The notes beneath the pieces are model-generated. The model had not been told where the DNA came from and did not search any database. It was given only the letters and a program-made list of their open reading frames with translations. A DNA stretch of 64,000 nucleotides from Plasmodiophora brassicae (lineage: Eukaryota), in the NCBI GenBank assembly GCA_036867785.1, contig CP145412.1, positions 620,001-684,000 of the forward strand, written 5' to 3'. The translations under genes were made by a program, and so were the position numbers. The number at the start of each line of letters is the position of its first letter. The first letter of the stretch is position 1. Shown one piece after another: positions 58,997-64,000 of this stretch.

Positions 58997-61726
58997 TTAC
59001 TGGTCTTCGGTGGCTTCTGCCCAGGCAGCGCTGAACGCCGATGATGCGGAATCGTCCGACCTGTCGGCCCTGGACGCCCCGGATGGGTTCGATCGTGGCG
59101 ATAACTGCGACCGTTTCGATCCTGTGGACTGCAACGCCTTCAGGTGTAGGCGGAAGTTCACAATGCTTGAGTCGGTGCCGCCTGCATCATTGCCTGTCAG
59201 ACCAGACGGGCGCTGCGTCAAGCTCCCTGGCGCAATGGTCTTACGGACAGCATTGAACATGGAATACCCTCGTGGCCTCGTTGTGTCTGCCGGCCCCGTT
59301 GGCGCTAGCGTTGATGATCGGTCTGGCTGGCTTTGTGGTGCTGATGACTCTGGTTGACGTTGCGCCTGTGGCTGTTGCTGTGGCGGTTGCTGTTCGATGC
59401 GTTCCTGGTGGGCCTGCCTGTGTGACTGCGACTGCCTTCGTTGATGGCCAGGTGATTGCTGCTTCTGCGTCGGTTGCTTCCCCAACAGCTGCTGCCTCTG
59501 CTGCTTCTGCTCTTGCAGGAGCTGATCTAACGTCTTCGGACCAGGTTGCTTCTGTTGCTGGACGTCAGCAGCCGGGGCATTCCTATGCATCCGTCGCGAA
59601 GCATCAGGCTTCGACTGTCGAGGAGCTCGGTTAGTCTGCTCGTGCAGCGTACTCGTGTTCTTGCTCAGGACGTTGGCTGTCGTGCCGAGATCTCTTGCCT
59701 TTGGCGAGGCCGATAACGACGGCGATGTCGGTCTTCCCGGTGCATCGTCGTCGTTGACGATTTTCACAGCTGGTGTGTTGTCATTCGCTTTCACGAGCAT
59801 CACAGTTCGGGTCGTCCGCCGCACGGGCCGTCTGCTGTCGTCCTTCACCCGTGCCCGGTGCTCAGCCATCTCGGCCTGGGCCTGCATCAGCCGCAGCAGG
59901 AACGTGTTCGGCCCCCGCGCCTTCTTCTCCTTCTGCCGCAGATACTCCATCAGGTCGTCCTCCTCCGTGTCCCGATACTTCAACCGGCGTTCCTGCATGC
60001 GCATCGCCTTCGCCTTCTCGAACTCCTCCTGGCGCCTCAGGAACTCCTCGATGTCAGCATCATGCAACCTCTTCGCCTGATCCGTATCCTGCTTCACGGG
60101 CGACTTTGGCGACCGCTCTCGCCGGGCTCTCAAATGCTCCAAGTCTCGAGGGTGCCCTCTTGGCGGTGAAGGCGTCCTCGTGGGCGTTGCCGATAGCGCA
60201 ATGCGATACTTGCTGCGAGCGGCCAGCCTGGCCGATCGCGGTGCCACTTTGGGTGTGAACGCGTAACTCTCGTCGACCTCCGCCTTCAGTTTCCGCAGCG
60301 TCGCCTGCTTTCGCTCCAGAATGACCTGCTGCCTGGCCATGAAATCCAGGCCGACCTTCCGCATCAGCATCTCCGTCGTCTTCGTCAGCGGCGCCGTCGA
60401 CTGTAACGCCAGCAGCGTCTTGTCCCGCCAGACCCGGATCTTCTCGTGCTTCAGCGCCAGTGACGTCTCCTGTCTCTGGATGAACTGGTGCACCTGCTCG
60501 CGGTACAGAACGTGACGCTCGTCGTCGTTGCCGTGCTGCTGTTCTTCCGCCTGTTTCTTCTTGGAGAACGGCGCGGGCCGAGCGAGGCGCTCGGACGCCT
60601 TCTGCTTGCAGTACTCCTGGACGGTCGGGAACTTCTTCCACGTTGACGTGATCTCGGGGCTGAATGACCACTCGTCGTCGACGTTGGTGACCTCGGGCTG
60701 ATCGCGTCGTGCCGGGCGAAACGACTGGCGCGCGCGCTGGACAAGGACCCGGGAGTACTCGTTGATCTGCGGCTTGAACGTGCACTCCTGCCATTCCTTC
60801 TCCTCGCGTTCGACCTGGGCTGCCTCGAACCGCAACCGGTTGCCCTGTCGGGTCGGGGCGGCGAACGCGACGATCGATTTCGATTTCGTCGACAGGCGCG
60901 GCGTGAACGTGCATTCTGTCATGTCGGCCGCCAGGCGACGCTGGAGCGTCTCCTCGATCCGCTGCTGCTTCCGTGTCATCCACTGGAAGTGCCGCTCGAC
61001 GAACGACGACGACCTGCGGTCACGGGCTGGTCGCGCGCTCTGCGATCGGGTCATTCGCTGTGCCTGACCCTGCTCCAGTTGCTTGCCTCGCCCCGTCTGG
61101 GACATCAGGTGCAAGGTCCGCTCCAGGAAGCTGTTCGACGGTTTCCGTCGTGCGGCAGGTCGTGCCTGTCTGGTTCGTTCGAGCTCGCGGCCGAGGTCGT
61201 CCGCCGCCGATTCCGGATCCGCCTCCTGGTCGTGCTCGTCGAGGTACGCCGCCAAGTGGGCAGTGACGCCCCGCGTAATGTCCTCGTCGTCACCGTCAAC
61301 CTGCCCGAGGCACTCGTCCAGGACCTGTTCGAGCTCGGATCGCTTATTCGCAGTGTGTTTCCTACGGGTGTCCCTGTCCTCGTCCTCTTGACCGAGGATG
61401 TCCCACATCTGCCGGTCGAACTGCTCAGGCTTTGACATCATGCTTTCCAGGTCCCGTTCGAAGGACACTCTCGACAACTGCGATTCAGCGTCGTTGGTCG
61501 CGGACGCGGCCGGTTCCTGTCGCCACGCTTGCTCGAACTGGTCGACAGTGTCGGGGCGCCGTTCCGACGACCCCAGCGAATCGTCACGAGCGCGAACGTT
61601 CCGCCCCGGACGACCGCCGCCTGGACCCGCTTCCGATTCGACCGGGCGACTCTCCTGCAGCTCCCTGTTGAAGGCCTCGCTGATGGCCGACGACCCCAGG
61701 TTGATCGAATCGCCGCCGTTCGACAT
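58997..61726 (-). CDS. 909-aa intronless protein with ECTFxP-type repeats, coiled coils and a Q-rich tail
   Basis: Repeats ECTFTPRL, ECTFKPQI, EWSFSPEI and SYAFTPKV. Confidence 0.85.
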   Translation of the reverse strand: MSNGGDSINLGSSAISEAFNRELQESRPVESEAGPGGGRPGRNVRARDDSLGSSERRPDTVDQFEQAWRQEPAASATNDAESQLSRVSFERDLESMMSKPEQFDRQMWDILGQEDEDRDTRRKHTANKRSELEQVLDECLGQVDGDDEDITRGVTAHLAAYLDEHDQEADPESAADDLGRELERTRQARPAARRKPSNSFLERTLHLMSQTGRGKQLEQGQAQRMTRSQSARPARDRRSSSFVERHFQWMTRKQQRIEETLQRRLAADMTECTFTPRLSTKSKSIVAFAAPTRQGNRLRFEAAQVEREEKEWQECTFKPQINEYSRVLVQRARQSFRPARRDQPEVTNVDDEWSFSPEITSTWKKFPTVQEYCKQKASERLARPAPFSKKKQAEEQQHGNDDERHVLYREQVHQFIQRQETSLALKHEKIRVWRDKTLLALQSTAPLTKTTEMLMRKVGLDFMARQQVILERKQATLRKLKAEVDESYAFTPKVAPRSARLAARSKYRIALSATPTRTPSPPRGHPRDLEHLRARRERSPKSPVKQDTDQAKRLHDADIEEFLRRQEEFEKAKAMRMQERRLKYRDTEEDDLMEYLRQKEKKARGPNTFLLRLMQAQAEMAEHRARVKDDSRRPVRRTTRTVMLVKANDNTPAVKIVNDDDAPGRPTSPSLSASPKARDLGTTANVLSKNTSTLHEQTNRAPRQSKPDASRRMHRNAPAADVQQQKQPGPKTLDQLLQEQKQQRQQLLGKQPTQKQQSPGHQRRQSQSHRQAHQERIEQQPPQQQPQAQRQPESSAPQSQPDRSSTLAPTGPADTTRPRGYSMFNAVRKTIAPGSLTQRPSGLTGNDAGGTDSSIVNFRLHLKALQSTGSKRSQLSPRSNPSGASRADRSDDSASSAFSAAWAEATEDQ

Positions 61727-61975
61727 CGGCGCCGCGCGGCCGACAATCGATAAGCGCGATCCCGCCCGACGTACCCTGCGCCGATCGATCGTTTATATAC
61801 ACGACCGCCCAACGTCGACTGGTACATTGGCGCCCCCCTGGCCGTGCTGGCCCACGGTACCGTTTGTTTTCTTTTGCTGCACCAAGTGTCGAGACAGTGC
61901 CGGTGGCTGCAGGTGTGCGGCGCTGCTGTTTTGCTGCCAGCGGCGTCGCGCCGAGAAAGTCGCCGGGGTCGAGCA

Positions 61976-62628
61976 TATGGAATTGTTGTAATGAAGGGGT
62001 GTTTTTTACAAGCCTGTTTTTTACGTGTAAAATACACTACCCAGGAACCAACTTTACACTGTAAAATACAGGTAACGTAAGGGTTTCCCGATCCGTCCCA
62101 GAGCCTTCGTTGCGCGTGCGCGTCGTCGTCGTCGGGGGCGAGCGGAATCACGAGCCCTGCAACCACGTGCACTCCCGGCTACGCGCTCGACTATCGGGAT
62201 GCAACGTCGAACAAGGAACTGGGATCGCATTAAAGTGCCCAGATGACTCGCCGTACAAAGATACGCGAGATGACTCCCTTCACACGTTGAACCGGCCGGT
62301 CGCTTGCTTCGCCTAAGGCTCTTCGTCAAATTTGACGAAGAGCCAGACGATGATTCCGATGACGAAGACGCAACTCGACTGGAGTTCGCAGGGTTCGTTG
62401 GCATTGCCGAGCCAGGCACACTTCCCGAGGCGATTTCGGACACACACTTGTACCCCGTTGGTGACGAAGAGGTCATCGAATCTGGTCGGGTTGTCAGGAC
62501 CGTGACCATGGTATGAAGGCGTACTGCGCGGGGGGCGCAGCCCCCTGCTGTTTTAAACATGTTTTTTACGTGTAAAATACATGTATTTTACACTCAACCA
62601 GCCATTCTCTGTTTTTAACAATTCCATA
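61976..62628 (-). mobile_element. Non-autonomous TIR DNA transposon, copy 2 (inverted relative to copy 1)
   Basis: Same 653-bp length and TIRs as copy 1. TSD GTCGAGCA at 61968-61975 and 62629-62636. Confidence 0.95.
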
Positions 62629-62699
62629 GTCGAGCAGCTGCTGCGCCCAGCCAGCGCCGTCATTTTGGTATTTGTGGGTCGGGGGCGGGTCGTTGGGCC

Positions 62700-63464
62700 A
62701 TGTGGACGCTGGTGGTGTCGTCGTCGGCGGCGAACGTCGGCGCCGAGCGCCGGTTCGACCCGTCGATGACGGTACGGGACCTGAAGGAGAAGCTGTGGCC
62801 GATCGTCGGGACGGCGCCGGCGCATCAGCAGTTGCAGGTCGGCGGGCGCCTGCTGACCGAGGCGGATGACTGCCTGGCGTTGCATGCCGTCCCTGGATTC
62901 GCGGATCGGGCGCATGTGAACGTTATCGATACGGACCCGTTCAAGAACGTTGCCGCTCTGCAGGCCTCAAATCAATCCGTCGAGAAGTACCGAATGGATG
63001 ACGAGACGTACAGCCAGAGGAAAGGTGCGAGGCCGTTTCGTTAATTGCCCGGTCGACAGCACTCAACGTTCGAAGCAGACACGTTTCGAAAGTTCAAGGA
63101 GTCGTTGAGGGCCGACGAGGGAAGCGTATTGTCACGCAACGAGGCGCAACGCGCCCAGGAACGGGAACGGCAGGAAGCTATCTCAAAAGACCTCCAGGTG
63201 TCATCTCGGTGTCAGCTGCATGGCCTTCGGGGCAGCATCGAGTACGTTGGGCCAATGATGGGACGCACCGGGCCCTGGGTCGGTGTGAAACTCGACGAGC
63301 CGGCGTCCTCGGCTACGCTGAAAGCCACGGACGGGTCCGTCGCAGGACATCGATACTTCGATGCTCAACCTGGATACGGGGTGTTCGTTCGCCCGGACGA
63401 GGTTGAGCAGGGGAATTTCCCTGTGAAGGATCTGTTCGACGATGATGAAGATGAAGAGATTTAA
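62700..63464 (+). CDS. TBCB: Tubulin-folding cofactor B (UBL + CAP-Gly), 2 exons
   Basis: ERRFDPSMTVRDLKEKL..IVGT, VEKYRM, RGSIEYVG, WVGVKLDEP, DGSVAGHRYF, YGVFVRP, and C-terminal EEI. Confidence 0.95.
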
Positions 63465-63574
63465 TGCTTCCGTGGTAGAAAGGCACAAATGACAGTTGCG
63501 GTAGGTTGACTCACACGCCAGTGTTGATTCACTGTCCTCTAACCAGCTGGGCAATCTGACGCCCTGGTTTCGCG

Positions 63575-63934
63575 ATGGTTAACGGCGCTGATATTGGCGA
63601 TGTGTCCAATATGGACGGCCTTCGGCAAGCTCTTCGTTTGGTGAGCGCGATCGCTGACGATGACGATGAAGTTGTCGGTGCTTCGGAGGTGTATCGCCCA
63701 AAGGAGGTTTCCCGTATCAGGGCTGCAGTCGGCCTGACAGGTGGTATTGCGGTTTCCAGCGCCCTGGCATTGGCGGGGGAGGCGTTAGTCGGCGAGACCC
63801 TCACCCTCGCTGCCTCGAGTGCCATCGGCGTCGCCACTGGTGGCGCCCTATTTGTTGGCGTTGCGGTGGCTGGCGGCATCGGATACACCGCCTTGAGACG
63901 TTATCGAAATCTGAAGGGCGCTGCCGCCAAATGA
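63575..63934 (+). CDS. Small hydrophobic Gly/Ala-rich membrane protein, hypothetical
   Basis: 119-aa ORF with GxxxG-rich TM segments and a basic C-terminal tail. Confidence 0.55.
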   Translation: MVNGADIGDVSNMDGLRQALRLVSAIADDDDEVVGASEVYRPKEVSRIRAAVGLTGGIAVSSALALAGEALVGETLTLAASSAIGVATGGALFVGVAVAGGIGYTALRRYRNLKGAAAK

Positions 63935-64000
63935 ACGCCCGAGGTTTGTTTGCGTCTGCATTGAAATATAAACGACGGTGCATGTGCATCCCACTCAATG

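Noticed and set aside
44158-61975. Inversion or composite transposon bounded by the two element copies
   Set aside because: Each copy keeps its own matching TSD pair, indicating independent insertions without exchange.
20-63998. Numerous long overlapping and antisense ORFs in the ORF track
   Set aside because: Expected shadows of high-GC coding sequence with Arg/Ala/Pro-rich composition. They were not counted as genes.

Overview
Gene-dense, GC-rich eukaryotic nuclear DNA with many short (~45-70 nt) GT-AG introns, CTRAC-type branch points and very short intergenic spacers. This style is consistent with a compact protist genome such as a plasmodiophorid (Plasmodiophora-like), but that assignment is an inference. 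The window holds about 40 protein-coding genes. Housekeeping genes include GOS1, SNU13, guanylate kinase, PEX11, RFC2, PTPA, an aldehyde dehydrogenase, PP5, a Rab, uricase, prefoldin 1, SEY1, MRPL12, TBCB and a Gemin8-like gene, plus one tRNA-Thr(CGT). The notable non-routine structures are: (1) two inverted 653-bp copies of a non-autonomous DNA transposon with 12-bp TIRs and distinct 8-bp TSDs, one apparently splitting a small gene; (2) an ~820-bp near-perfect fold-back palindrome built from a decayed YqaJ/lambda-exonuclease-like gene; (3) a 74-bp-arm pre-miRNA-like hairpin near the tRNA; (4) bacterial-type genes (an intron-containing SthA-like transhydrogenase, an intronless alpha/beta hydrolase, a SAM-methyltransferase-TPR protein); and (5) small secreted effector-like proteins. 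Multi-exon gene boundaries were inferred by eye and are approximate. All homology calls come from motif recognition, not database searches.
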